Origin: Hydrurus foetidus
Lineage: Eukaryota
Length of the DNA stretch: 36,047 bases
Assembly (NCBI GenBank): GCA_900617105.1
Contig: UYFQ01000854.1
Location: forward strand, 1 to 36,047
Direction of reading: 5' to 3'
Shown here: positions 10,786 through 23,000 of the stretch, piece by piece
How positions within the stretch are numbered: position 1 is the stretch's first letter
Layout of the letters: every line of letters begins with the position of its first letter
Position numbers and translations under genes: made by a program
Notes under the pieces: generated by a model
Database searches by the model: none
What the model was told of the DNA's origin: nothing
The model's input: only the letters and a program-made list of their open reading frames with translations

Positions 10786-12071
10786 TCATCACACCTTTCA
10801 ACGGTTTCTGAGTGATGCGTTTTGAAACATGTTTAGATGATTCCTTGAAGCGTTCCATGTATGCTGCAACTGCTGATTTAAGCAGCAGGGAACTTCCATC
10901 TTTGATGGCACTGGTGAGGAACTTTTAGGTCTCTTCGCAAAGGAGATGGATGAGATGTTGACGTCACAGATCACATAGAAGACGTCGTTCATTATGTTCA
11001 GTTCTCCGTCCTGAACTCGTTAGTACTGTATACCGTCGAGTGCCATTTGTTTTGTATTTTTTTATGGTATTAGGGCTTTTTGACTCTCTCAAAATCACGG
11101 TTATGAAATTTTCTCGAGACTTCCGGAAAAAAATATCTCAGTTAGCGTAGTGTCTCACGATAATCTGATAAAAGATTCGGATTCAGCGCAATTTTTTAAG
11201 GTAGATGGCTTCTTTCAATTTTCATAAATGCTTTTGTGGGTCGAGATATTCAGCTCCGCCGGTACCGACTCCGATCACAGCAGCTCAATTTGCAGCCGCT
11301 GCACTTTTCTGAGACATTGTCCACCATGATAAATTTTGTAGAGAATTGATTTCCGTACTCGAATTGTCAATAAAGTCGGGAAACGAACGGTGGGATTTCA
11401 TAAAATTTGCCAAAAACTGAAAAAAAAAATCGCTCAATCTCGACGGATGGAAGTTGACGTGACAATCACTCGCATATGCAGGTGATGGAAATAGTACAAT
11501 AATACGAATAAGCAGACCTCAAATAGCAAAACACCGACAAAACTACAGGAGCCGGGAAGACTATTATTGTCGCATCAGATCTTTTCTCCGTTGTGAAGAC
11601 TTTGATTCAATGGCAAAATAAGAAAGAAACCACGAAAGACAGAAATAGCGCCACACTTCCCAGTTGAGAAAAAGTATGATGAGCATCCTTTCCGTACAAA
11701 GAAAACAATATATTTGATATGCAGAGAGTAAGCGACCTGCGCGAAAGATTCAGGCGTCAGAAAGACTGAGCGAATATTGTTTTTGTGAAAACTTTTCGGT
11801 CTAGTTTCACCAGTATACAAAGTCCTAGTAGCTAATGCAGCACTCAGCGAAGGATTGTTTCTCAGACCTGTTATTATCATCCGTTCGGAAGACGTGCTGA
11901 ATTTAGCTTATCGATCCCTCGGCGACAGTTAACTCGATAAATTGTAGATGTCATAACGTATACCGACGCCGTGTAATTTGATAACTAGTTCCCCATATGC
12001 CATTATCATGACATCCTTGTGCTACGTAGCAACTGCAGGGTTGAACAACGCAACTTCCTGTACCCTCACTC

Positions 12072-12333
12072 TGTAGCCTTATTGTATTCCTAAGGGGATA
12101 CAATGTGTCTAGGTTAACGAGGTACAATAGGTATATTACGCCCAGATTCCACTTTTAGGTCTTAGTTCCACATATGACGTGAATGCACTTTAGCGTACAC
12201 ATCACTTGTATATACTCAACTGTAAGATATTAACACAAGTCTATTCCACCGATTCTCGCTTCCCTTGCCCGCCGCTTGCACCAACCGTCCACCAACATCA
12301 GCTCCAACGTCCTAGGCCCCGCCCCAGACCACA
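12072..12333 (+). repeat. 5' LTR of copy B (262 bp)
   Basis: TGTAGCC...ACCACA; homology with the other LTRs ends at 12333; candidate TATA (TATATA) near 12209. Confidence 0.93.
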
Positions 12334-12435
12334 ATATCGATATTCGGTCGATACCGAAGCTTTTTTTCGTGAAGAAGTTCGTTTCTCCGCTCCATCAACT
12401 TTAAATCCATCACCTATTTCCAACAGTCGAAGACA

Positions 12436-15400
12436 ATGGCTCTCCGACGCCAGGACAAGAGGATTAGCACCATCAACTCCCTTCGCCGACAACGACAGCC
12501 TCCTAGAGCTGTCGCCGTCGCCTTCCGACAACGTTACGAGGAGCACCACAATCGTGGAGGAGATAACATCGAGTCTCCTGGGCCACCTGCGGCTCAGGAC
12601 CCCGCCGGCGACCTGTCTGCACCGATTCCTCAGCGGAATTCGGAGCCTGCGGTCATGTCTGTCATTGATGCTCCTGTTTTATCTGCTTTATCCGCTCTAA
12701 CGTTATCACCAGTTTCGACTGCGACACTAGCTTCGGCTGAGATACCAGCTTCGGCTGCGACACCAGATTCGTCTGCGACACCAGCTTCGGCTGAGAATCC
12801 TATTCCAAGGACGATGGCACCACCTCAGCACTATGTGCAAACGGGTGAGAGAGCTCCTAAGTTGAGCGCCGTGCCCTCTCGTCAGGAAGTACTACGGGTA
12901 ATGGAGGTCCTCCTTTCAAATGGAACTCCATTTAAACCAGTTGATGTAATCCATGTTTCCAACCATCAATCGTTTACAACGCTTCTCAAGCGTAAGTTTG
13001 CAACTGATCCCGATCGTCGCGACTCCTGTAACAATTGGAAACATTGGTCGAATCAATTGTTCTGTAGAGAACTCAATCTCACAGTTCCTACATCAGCTGT
13101 CAATCGAACTGACAAGCTGAGTTTCATTGAAACTGTCTCTCAGGTCGCACTTCAATTCGACCTGAAGGATAAATCAGTGGAAGACAAGACAGATCAGCTT
13201 TTAGCTGATATTGTTGATGGATTCCCTGATGCAACACCCGCTCTCCAACTTCAGGCAACCAAAATTCTAATCGATAAGTTGCCTGTCGAACCTATCAATT
13301 GGAGAGCAGTGTTACAGCGTAGTCTTAACAATACAACGCCAAGACTCATTACAATCGAAGACTTTCGATTCGTATGGCTTGCGCAGCTTGCTAAGCTACG
13401 AGAATCAATTGATGCCTTACGGTTCATTGATGTCTCTCCTTTGTATGGTGATCACTCTCGCCAAATCAAAGCTCCTCCTCGTTCCTCTCAGGACAAAATC
13501 AAAAAACGTCCACGAGAGAGCGAACAATCTGTGCAATCAGACAAGTCTGACAAATTCGAAAGACCTCTGTGCACAGGTTGTGGGAGACTCGGCCATTTCG
13601 TCGCCACGTGTTTCTACACTACGTCTCCGTACTATAACAGTACAGACGCACCCTATATCAACTCTGAGGGTCATAAGCAGTTGTTGAAAGTCGATTCAAA
13701 GGCTAAGTTTATTCCAACTTTACCTAAGACATCGACCTCTTCTTCATCGTCTTCCTCTTCTTCTTCCTCTTCGTCAAAACCTGCTACTTCAACAGCAGAC
13801 TCGACAAACGCTGCGAAGAAACACAAAGGTGAGCAACTATGCAACCTAAATTCATCATCTATTCTTTCCGATGATCCAGAACTTATTCCTTTCTTCATAT
13901 CTCCCCTCTCACAGGAGGTTATGCTGGAAAAAAGTAATAGAGTCTTTACTCTCCTGGACACCGGCTCTTTTGCTGGCAACTTTATACATCGCCGCATTAT
14001 AACTAATCATAATTTCACACAATTCGTTTCTAACTCTTCAAAGAAATTGTGTAAAGTTTGTAGTGGATTAGATAATCATTGTTATGATATTTCTGACACT
14101 ATAGACTTAACTCTTTCTTATTTTTGCCCTGATTTAAATAATTATTATACTTTTCAAATCACGGCTTATGTTTTAAACGATTCGAAATTTGATCTAATAG
14201 TGGGACGAAAAACAATTCGCGAATTGAATTTATTTTCACGTTTCCCCGATCAAATATCTGCCAATGCTTCATCAAGCACTACCTCATTAGCGGAAGTTTT
14301 ATCTTCTGAACAAGTGGATATAACGTGTGGCTGTCAGCCTAAGGAGAAGTTGCAACCCTCTGATGGCTCCCCAAAGGTCGATCCTTTAACCCAAAAGGTG
14401 AAACCGGCAGTAACCCAAACACATGTTATTCTAGCTTCACTAATACAAGAGTCTGAAAGACTTTTTGAGGCTGTGCCCCCTGATGAGGACGAAATCGACG
14501 ACTCGATCAAGGACTCGTTTTCACCTTGGATAGATGAATTTCCTGATACTGACCCACTCTCGCTAATAAACTTAGCAGGTGATGAAGATCAGAAAAATAA
14601 ACTTCGGTTACTAGTACACGAATTCAAGGATATATTTAGCAGTGAACTTTCGGCCACTCCTGCTAATATTCCACCGTTTGACTTTCATGTCAATGACGAC
14701 CAATGGAGAGTCTCTAAAAATAGACAACCTCCATGGGCTAAATCAACAGTTGATCAAGCTGACATTCTCAGTCAAATTAAAAAACTTGAGAAACAAAATA
14801 TTGTTGAAAAATCAAACGCGGCTTATTATAGCCAAGTTTTACTAGTTCCTAAATCTGATGGAACTAAGCGCATGTGTATTGATTTTCGGAATCTCAACAA
14901 TTGTACCGAAGATAAATCACATCCTATTCCACACATCGGTGAGATGTTGCGTAGAATAGGTGCACATAAAGCAAAAGTGTTTGCTGTACTTGACCTCACT
15001 CAAGGGTACCATCAAGCACCACTTACACTCGCTGCACGTGCTTATACTGCATTCATACTTTTCTGCGGAGTATATCAATTCACTCGTTTACCCTTTGGGC
15101 CAAAACAAGCTCCCTCCTATTTCCAACAGATTATGACGACTGTTGTGTTAGCAGGGCTGATATACTCTATATGCGAAATGTACATAGATGATTGCAATGT
15201 TTTCGGTAAAGACATTGATGAACTCATTTCTAGACTTCGTCTTGTGTTTGATCGTTTTAGAAAACACAAAATATTCCTTAAACCGAATAAGTGTTATCTA
15301 GGCTATGCCGAAATAGATTATGTTGGCAAAGTTCTATCTGCAGATGGACTTAGAATGTCACAAGAAAAAATACGGACTGTCTTAGATTTTCCTAAACCAG

Positions 15401-17351
15401 TACTATCTAAACAACTCAAGAGTTTTTTAGGATTGGTTAATTATTTTCACGACTTTGTTAGAAACGCTTCTACTGTTGTATACCCGTTACATCAGTTGCT
15501 TCTTAACTATAATAAGTATAAGAAAATAACTTGGACAATAGAAGCTCTCAGAGCATTCAATTTGATCAAATCTGAGATTTCAAAATGCACGACTATGCAC
15601 TTTTTAAGTGACACCGATCCGATTTACTTGCACACTGATGCATCGGACTACGGTGTAGGTGCCTATCTTTTCCAGTTAGTTGACGGTCAAGAGACGCCCA
15701 TAGCATTTGTCAGTAAATCACTTAACAAAGCTCAGCTTCGTTGGGCTGTTATACAAAAAGAAGCATATGCTATCTTTTATTCGTGCACGTATTTAAAATC
15801 GCTATTACGTGATCGTACGTTCACATTGCGTACAGATCATCGTAACTTGTTATACATCAAGGATAATTCAAATCCAATGATTGTTCGGTGGTTTATGGCC
15901 TTATCCGAATATTCATTTAAAATTGAATATATACCTGGTGCTAACAATGATATAGCTGATTCGATGTCTCGACTCTGTCGCAATAACATGGTTGATTTCC
16001 CTCAGGAATATACTCCTGATGCAATCATGTCTGCTAATACTATTGAAAAATTCAAACTAACACGTGATCAGTACAATACAATCAGTAAAGTACACAATTC
16101 ACAAGTTGGGCATTTTGGCCTTGAGCGCACTCTAAAGCGTCTCATTGACAAAAAGATAGTATGGCAATATATGCGTCAGCATGTCAGGTGGTTCATAGAT
16201 CACTGTTCGTGTTGTCAGAAAATGAGTATGTTAAAGATACCAATACATGCTCATGGCTTCTCGACTTCTACTTACACACCTATGGAATGCCTTAACATAG
16301 ACTTCATAGGACCGTTTCCAGACGGCGGGTACGTACTCGTAATTATCGATACGTTCACAAGATGGGTTGAACTGTTTCATACAGAAGATGCTACAGCACT
16401 TTCAACAGCTAAATGCCTCTTGCAACACTTCGGTCGTTTCGGCGCACCTCTCCAACTCCGTTCTGATAATGGGCCACACTTCATTTCCGAAGTTATTAGA
16501 GAGTTTCTAACTCTTATTGGCACTCAACATTGTCTTACTTTAGCATACTCTAAAGAAGAAAATGCTATTGTTGAGCGCATGAATAAAGAAGTAAATAGAC
16601 ATCTTCGTGCATTAACATTCGATAATGTCACACTAGAAGATTATAAAACGTCACTTCCATTTGTGCAACGAATTTTAAATTCTAATCACAGTGACCGTTT
16701 AAAAATATCATCTTCTCAACTTCTTTTCGGAAATGTACTCAAACTCGATAGAGGTATCTTTTTACCTCCTGCTGAGCGAAATGTTACTGATGACAAACCT
16801 TTGTCAAAGCGTATGAGCAATCTACTCAAAACGCAAGACAGTCTTCTTAAAGCTTCTGCTAAAGAACTTCTTCGCACAGATTTGCTTCATCAAAGTCAGT
16901 CTCAAATTTTTCAGCATGTAGAGTATCCAAAGACTCTTATGTCTTAGTGCACTATCGCGATGGATCTCCTCCTTCACGTCTTCACACGCATTGGAGAGGC
17001 CCATTAAAAGTCGTTAGTGGCGAAAATTCGCGTTACACACTTTATGATCTAGTCACTCAGAAAACTTCAGAGTTTCATGTTTCTGCAATGAAACCTTTTC
17101 TATTTGACCCTTCAATCACAAATCCGTTGGATGTTGCACGACGTGATCACATGGAATACTTTGTTGAAGACATTCTTGATCATCGTGGCAAACACCAACG
17201 TACCCACATAGAGTTTTTAGTCAAATGGTTAAATTACCCTTCAGACAAAAACACTTGGGAACCTTATTCAAGTCTTCGTGATGTTGATAAACTTCATGAT
17301 TATTTACGTCATAATAACATGACTAAATTAATCAATAAGCAACATCGATGA
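12436..17351 (+). CDS. gag-pol: Gag-Pol polyprotein (single frame) with a 1-bp frameshift near 16930 separating the integrase tail/chromodomain
   Basis: ORF 12436-16947 plus 16947-17351. CX2CX4HX4C zinc knuckle CTGCGRLGHFVATC at 13570-13611, and the same pol motifs as copy A. CCAAAGAC here versus CCAAAAGAC in copy A. Confidence 0.93.
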
Positions 17352-17529
17352 CTTAATATATTTGAAACTTTATCCATGAGGATTCTCTCCTATTTTTTTA
17401 CCTACGGGTCTTTTTTGGAGAGTTTAGTCAGTAAAAGTCTGACATAATCGTTTCATCTATATCTCATATATATGTTTTACATATCTTTTCTTTTTTTTCA
17501 TTTTTTTGTATATCATATCAAAGATCTTC

Positions 17530-17549
17530 AAAAAAGGAAGAAGGGGTAG
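17530..17549 (+). other. Polypurine tract of copy B
   Basis: AAAAAAGGAAGAAGGGGTAG abutting the 3' LTR. Confidence 0.9.
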
Positions 17550-17802
17550 TGTAGCCTTATTGCATTCCTAAGGGGATACAATGTGTCTAGGTTAACTAGG
17601 TACAATAGGTATATTACGCCCAGATTCCACTTTTAGGTCTTAGTTCCACATATGACGTGAATGCACTTTAGCGTACACATCACTTGTAGATACTCAACTG
17701 TAAAATACTAACACAAGTTTATTCCACCTATCCTTGCCCACCGCTTGCATCAACCGTCCACCACTTTTAGCTCTAACGTCCTAGGCCCCGCCCAAGACCA
17801 CA
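17550..17802 (+). repeat. 3' LTR of copy B (253 bp)
   Basis: TGTAGCC...ACCACA following the PPT. Confidence 0.93.
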
Positions 17803-18422
17803 GTTGTGAGTTATACGAGGGAGTCTTCACAATGTCTTGTCATAGAATCGTCACACACCGGATTTATTTAAGGAAAGTGCAGGAATATTGAGAAATTGAC
17901 GCACTCCCCTCTTCCCACAACCCACTCTCCTCCTCCTCCTCCTCAGAAAAAAAGAAAAAAAATGAAAATAGTACGTGTGGTGCTGTACATATCCAGTACC
18001 CTGTACTGCAACATAGACCGAAGTGTGACGATTCTGAGAGGGCATTTGGTAGGTTCTCTCGAATATCTCACAACTCGTCTCAGAGATTCGAGTGTGATCT
18101 CGAGTACATGCAGACATCAAGGTTCTCTCTGTTTTCTTTGAAATATTTGAATATTCTGTCAGTGGTAGTCCTTTTGAATTACAATGCCATCTAGATTACT
18201 ATGCAAGATTTTGACATTTTACCAAAATAGATTAAAGTGTTCGAGAATACACACACGAATTCAAAGTGGAAGTGGTGATGTTACCTGCCCCCCAAACTGT
18301 TCCCAGTCTGTATTTCGGACACTTTATTCTGTTTTGGTAATACCCACACTTCCTAGACCACTGAGCAAGAAAGCGTGTTCTCATTGAATCAATTGTAACA
18401 TTCTCAGTTAATCAGAAATTTT

Positions 18423-18523
18423 ATCCAGCCCCGCGACTCAGGACTGCATTGGGATTACATTAGGCTTAGGGTAAGAGGTTAAGTGAAAAGGGTCGCAAAA
18501 AAGGATGGGTCGCGGGGCTGGAT
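18423..18523. mobile_element. Small MITE-like element with perfect 15-bp terminal inverted repeats
   Basis: ATCCAGCCCCGCGAC (18423-18437) and GTCGCGGGGCTGGAT (18509-18523); no TSD evident. Confidence 0.55.
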
Positions 18524-19581
18524 TCTCACTCCCATCAGTTCAGTACAGGATTCGTGAAAAGGATTTAATTACGCTGTCTGTCTGTCACGTACAGTACAGA
18601 ACAGAGGAGCACGGTGATAAAAATTCTGTCAATTTTTTGTCCATGAAGAGAAACAATGATTTGATTTCGCGCGCCATAATTGGCGATAGTATTCTATATT
18701 TAATTTACATCATAAAATCATAAGTTGATTCATATTCTATTCATATTCTAGTCGTATTTAGGCGTACGAAGAACGAGGAGTTATTCCGTATGCATTTACA
18801 GAGCATTATATTTTATAAGTCGTTCACAACAATGCGAACTCAACCAAATATCCGGCAGTCAGCATGTGAGAATGAAGGAGGAAAGACCAGTGTGCGCTCG
18901 GTAAGAGAAACAAGAGTAGTAAACGTCACGCACTGGATGAGTTCATTCATTTCTAATCAATACTGTCGGAATATCAGTTGTCAGCGTCAATAGCGAAATG
19001 CATTGAAGTACGTAAAAGATAACGAAATAAGAATAAGACATATAAGTAAAGAATTTGGGAGTGTATGGCCGTCTATGTCGATGGTGCGGTAAAATAAGTG
19101 GAGTATCATATCGAAGTAAACAGTAGGTAAAGGGCGTATGTAATACTGACCATATAGACAAAAGCAAGTAAATTTGCGTCAATATGAGACAATTGTTACG
19201 ATATCTAGGGAGCACTGTAAGTAGCTGTTCTGTCTCGAGCATGAGAAGGAATCTTGCACATCCTATTGGCATATCTAGGGTTAATAGTGAAACATGTGTT
19301 TCAGATCTTCACTTCTATTTCTTTCTTTGTCCTTAAGAAAGGGGTCCTATATAGGGTGAAATTTCATGCAGAATGATATCTATCTCAAATGATATCTGTT
19401 CCACAACACAGTCTGTCTGTCTGATTTTCCATATTCTGAATGACTGTCTAGCGCCATTCTATCAGTAGCCTATCTATGTAGGCAATAGGATTGCTTCACT
19501 AATCCCTACCTCCCACACAGTTAGTAGTGGTGTGTGTATTTCATACGTTGTCACAAACACATCATACCGTGTATTTACACT

Positions 19582-20002
19582 TTATACCATCACGTTATGA
19601 GAGTTGAGTCCTGGGATTAAATCTTCTTCGAGTGGGTGGTCCTGTCTGGACTGTACAGGAGAAAACCTCTTGTTCTTTTGAAACATACAGCAGTACACGA
19701 TGATGCATGCCAAGATGAGGAGAAATGCTCCTATGGTACTGCCAGCGATTGTACCGATGTATACGCTTGATGGAGATGAAGGCGAATCTGTCAATATTGA
19801 AACGGGATTATAAACTTCACACCCTTTCAGGCTAAGAGAAACAAACAAAGAAGGAGGGAATGATAGAGATACCAGGCTCTTACTGCATCCAAGAGAAAGT
19901 CGCCTTTAAGTGCAGACATCATGCAGTACTGACAGACAGCGACATCGAGAGGAGATACAATAGGCGGAGTCAATACCTAGCAACACAAGACGCTACTAAC
20001 TC

Positions 20003-20035
<33 letters not shown>

Positions 20036-23000
20036 TTAACTAGCTAAGTAAGAAATTAATTAGCTAACCAAGTAATTAACTAATTAACACACACTTTACG
20101 CGCGCATTATGACCAATATACTTGTGCTCAAGGCAGAGCCGAAACAGACGAAATCAAGGCAGCCAAATATACAGAATTTTTCAGATTAAGAAATGGACAA
20201 TATGATTGATGTTTGTACCTGGCGATATAGCAGAGGCCTGAAGAGCGACAATGGGAGCTCTAGTGGGGGTCGCATCAATAATTGATATGGTTGACAGACT
20301 GGTGATGGGAAGGTTGGTTTTGCTAATCAATAAGGATAGAAAAGCACCGCTTGACATTGCCCGCTGTAATTGACGGATGACGGTTGAACTTGACATTTCA
20401 CTGATAACACGGACATTGTAGAGCATGCTGACGGAAGTGAGGAGAGATCGCCTGTTGCCTATGATCACATCCCCTGTAACGGCACCAGGTGACAACCCAA
20501 GCACTTCTGAGACGCTTTCTATCACTGCTTTCGAGAAAGATGCAGTTGATGCTTCGGCTTGAGTCACACCGGTGATCACCTATTGAACAATTACACAGCA
20601 GGGAGAAGAAGAGAAGAAAGATGAGAAAGTCTCACACTACTGAGAGATGCAATTGTCAATCTATCACTCACTCACTCACTCCCTCCCTCCCTCACTCACT
20701 CCCTAATTCACTCACTCACCCACTTACTCCCTCTCTCCTTCACTCACTCATTCAGTCATTCATTCATTCACTCACCCACTTACTCCCTCTCTCCTTCACT
20801 CACTCACTCGCTCACTCACTCCGTCTCCCCCTTTCTCTCCCTCCCCCTTTGTCACTCACTCGCTCAATTTCTCACTCGCTGACTCCCTCACTTTCTCGCT
20901 CACTCACATGCACGCACACAAACACACACACACTTCCTCCCTCACTCCGTTACCTGAAAAGCTAGAATGGAAGATTCAATTCCAGAAATCGATCTTGTCG
21001 GGGCAATGGTACCTACAGAGGCAAAATCAGTGGGAAGAGTAATTAATAATGATGACTGGATAAAATTTAGTATTAGGCAGCGTTTTTGTATTTATTTTAC
21101 CTGATAGTAGTGGTGACAATGATGGTGACTGGGACAGTGCAATTGAAGGTGAAGATGATAAGGTGAGATCTTCCGACAGCAGAGAGGGACTGCTGCTAGG
21201 TTGATTTGTTGGTACCTCTGTCTCAATCTCAGGATCAGTCGGCAACGCTGACGGTATCGCTACCGGCAGCAACGTGGGACAGCTATTAGGTCGTGACGTT
21301 GTCACCAAAGTGGGTACGACGGACGGCAGCAACGTGGGACGTCTGCTAGGTTGAATTGTTGGTATCGCTGTCTCAATATCAGTATCAGTCGACGACGCTA
21401 AGGGTGCCGCCGACGGTGTCGCTATCGGCAGCAATGTGGGACAGCCGCTTGGTCGTGACGTAGTCACCACAATCGGCAGGACGGACGGCAGCAACGTGGG
21501 ACGTCTGCTAGGTTGACAAGTTGGTATCTCAGTCTCAATATCGGCATCAGTCGGCGACGCTGATGGTGCTGCTGACGGTGTCGCTATCGGCAGTGACGTG
21601 GAACATCTGCTGGGCAGTGATGTGGGTGTATCAGCCTCAGTCTCAGTATCAGTCGGCGACGCTGATGGTGCCGCTGACGGTGTCGCTATCGGCAGTGACG
21701 TGGGACATCTGCTGGGCAGTGATGTGGGTGTCTTAGTCTCAGTATCGGCATCAGTCGGCGACGCTGATGGTGCCGCTGACGGTGTCGCTATCGGCAGTGA
21801 CGTGGGACATCTGCTGGGCAGTGATGTGGGTGTGTCAGCCTCAGTCTCAGTATCAGTCGGCGACGCTGATGGTGCCGCTGACGGTGTCGCTATCGGCAGT
21901 AACGTGGGACATCTGCTGGGCAGTGATGTGGGTGTATCAGTCTCAGTATCGGCATCAGTCGGCGACGCTGATGGTGCCGCTGACGGTGTCGCTATCGGCA
22001 GTGACGTGGGACATCTGCTGGGCAGTGATGTGGGTGTATCAGTCTTAGTCTCAGTATCAGTCTGAGGATCAGTATTAGTCGGCGACGCTGACGGTGTCGC
22101 TATCGGCAGTAACGTGGGACATCTGCTGGGCAGTGATGTGGGTGTATCAGTCTCAGTCTCAGTATCAGTCGGCGACGCTGATGGTGCCGCTGATGGCGTC
22201 GCTATCGGCAGTGACGTGGGACATCTGCTGGGCAGTGATGTGGGTGTCTTAGTCTCAATACCAGTATGAGTCGGCAACACTGAGGCTGTCGCTGACGGTG
22301 TCGCTATCGGTAGTGACGTGGGACATCTGCTGGGCAGTGATGTGGGTGTCTTAGTCTCAATACCAGTATCAGTCGGCGACGCTGATGGTGCCGCTGACGG
22401 TGTCGCTATCGGCAGTAACGTGGGACATCTGCTGGGCAGTGATGTGGGTGTATCAGTCTCAGTCTCAGTATCAGTCGGCGACGCTGATGGTGCCGCTGAC
22501 GGTGTCGCTATCGGCAGTGACGTGGGACATCTGCTGGGCAGTGATGTGGGTGTCTTAGTCTCAATACCAGTATCAGTCGGCGACGCTGATGGTGCCGCTG
22601 ACGGTGTCGCTATCGGCAGTGACGTGGGACATCTGCTGGGCAGTGATGTGGGTGTCTTAGTCTCAATACCAGTATGAGTCGGCAACACTGAGGCTGTCGC
22701 TGACGGTGTCGCTATCGGTAGTGACGTGGGACATCTGCTGGGCAGTGATGTGGGTGTCTTAGTCTCAATACCAGTATCAGTCGGCGACGCTGATGGTGCC
22801 GCTGACGGTGTCGCTATCGGCAGTAACGTGGGACATCTGCTGGGCAGTGATGTGGGTGTATCAGTCTCAGTCTCAGTATCAGTCGGCGACGCTGATGGTG
22901 CCGCTGACGGTGTCGCTATCGGCAGTGACGTGGGACATCTGCTGGGCAGTGATGTGGGTGTCTTAGTCTCAATACCAGTATCAGTCGGCGACGCTGATGG

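Larger units (their letters stand above)
12072..17802 (+). mobile_element. Ty3/Gypsy chromovirus LTR retrotransposon, copy B (full length, 5731 bp)
   Basis: Two direct TG...CA LTRs, a single gag-pol frame, and a PPT. No TSD (left flank CACTC, right flank GTTGT). Confidence 0.97.

Noticed and set aside
10798..12071. Short ORFs between the CCDC17-like gene and copy B
   Set aside because: No recognisable domain or consistent splice model; 10798-10992 might be 5' sequence of the pseudogene but I cannot support it.
12206..12700. 164-aa ORF overlapping the LTR and gag start as an accessory gene
   Set aside because: It starts at TTG within the LTR, crosses the hypervariable indel-bearing segment and has no recognisable motif.
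16921..16950. Programmed ribosomal frameshift to the chromodomain
   Set aside because: Copy A is in frame at the same site and there is no slippery heptamer; it is a simple 1-bp deletion.
20621..20965. His/Ser/Leu-rich 114-aa ORF
   Set aside because: Translation of the intronic (TCAC)n tract.
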